DNA of 59,551 bases, taken from a virus (Duplodnaviria > Caudoviricetes). The notes under the pieces were generated by a model. The model worked only from the letters and a program-made list of their open reading frames with translations, did no database searches and was not told the DNA's origin. This document shows, piece after piece, positions 59,066-59,551 of the stretch (positions within the stretch are counted from its first letter, which is position 1; each line of letters starts with the position of its first letter). The stretch is from the IMG/VR virus record IMGVR_UViG_3300025789_000004, positions 1 through 59,551 of that record; one strand, written 5' to 3'. The translations under genes and the position numbers were made by a program.

Positions 59066-59551
59066 TTACTGCTCCGTTCCAGCGAGTACGCCGGTCTTGG
59101 CATTGTGCAGGAAAAAGGCTCCTGCCGGTTTGCCCAATTGACGTTCGTACATACGAACCTTTGCTTCTGTTCTATTATTTGAAAGCACGCCAATAATCAA
59201 TGGCAAACCCAAAGTGTCTGCAACCCGCTTACTGAATTCGCATAGCTTGCGCGCTCGACCTCCCTTGGCGCTGCGGTAGTCAGGGTGAATGAAGATCACA
59301 CGTTCTTCGACCACGTTCTGACTGGAGTACCACATCCCGCCAATTGTTAGGACAACGCCGCCTTCAATCTGCCCACCGGGCTTTCCGATAATGCCAACAA
59401 TTCCGCCCTGCTGCGTCAAACCAGCCCACACTGCATGCAGAACCTTCTCAGGATCTGGCATCAAGAACCCGTTTTCCCCAGCCGCTAAGGTTGACAGGCG
59501 CATCACCTCATCAAGATCGTCAGGCGTGCCAATGCGGATTTCCAAACCATC
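59066..59551 (-). CDS. GNAT-fold-like protein spanning the circular junction (true ATG at 139)
   Basis: IRIGTPDD, FIHPDYR; reads MIDTDGLEIR across the end overlap, with AAGGA RBS at 146-150. Confidence 0.6.
   Translation of the reverse strand, partial: DGLEIRIGTPDDLDEVMRLSTLAAGENGFLMPDPEKVLHAVWAGLTQQGGIVGIIGKPGGQIEGGVVLTIGGMWYSSQNVVEERVIFIHPDYRSAKGGRARKLCEFSKRVADTLGLPLIIGVLSNNRTEAKVRMYERQLGKPAGAFFLHNAKTGVLAGTEQ
59425..59551. repeat. Terminal direct repeat, copy 2
   Basis: Identical to 1-127. Confidence 0.95.

Noticed and set aside
1-59551. tRNA, rRNA, integrase, RNA polymerase, family A/B DNA polymerase, tape measure
   Set aside because: None recognised by eye; tRNAscan-SE and HMM searches are needed to confirm absence

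Overview
This window is an apparently complete, circularly assembled ~59.4 kb dsDNA tailed phage genome. Positions 1-127 are identical to 59425-59551, which looks like an assembler k-mer overlap. It is probably podovirus-like: there are large ejection-type proteins and no tape-measure, sheath or tube gene. A GcrA-like gene suggests an alphaproteobacterial host. The minus strand carries the morphogenesis and lysis arm (TerS, TerL, portal, GroES-like chaperone, scaffold, capsid, adaptor, collagen-like fibre plus GT2-TPR glycosyltransferase, ejection proteins, endolysin, holin, spanins). The plus strand carries early and replication genes (Sak4-like ATPase, SSB, YqaJ exonuclease, SF2 helicase, VRR-NUC, DnaA-C-like protein), with a minus-strand primase-polymerase next to an iteron-rich AT tract. 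The most striking observation is in TerL, which has two inteins. The second has no in-frame endonuclease, but a complete Zn-finger/HNH endonuclease gene is overprinted inside it in another reading frame. Other highlights: three free-standing homing endonucleases each supply the start of the downstream gene (one rebuilds a whole N-terminus); there is a perfect parS palindrome plus DnaA boxes with no parAB; a palindromic operator family recurs; a di-glycine motif is shared by five virion-module proteins; and a Trp-rich micro-ORF is duplicated. All family calls come from motif recognition by eye, not database searches.
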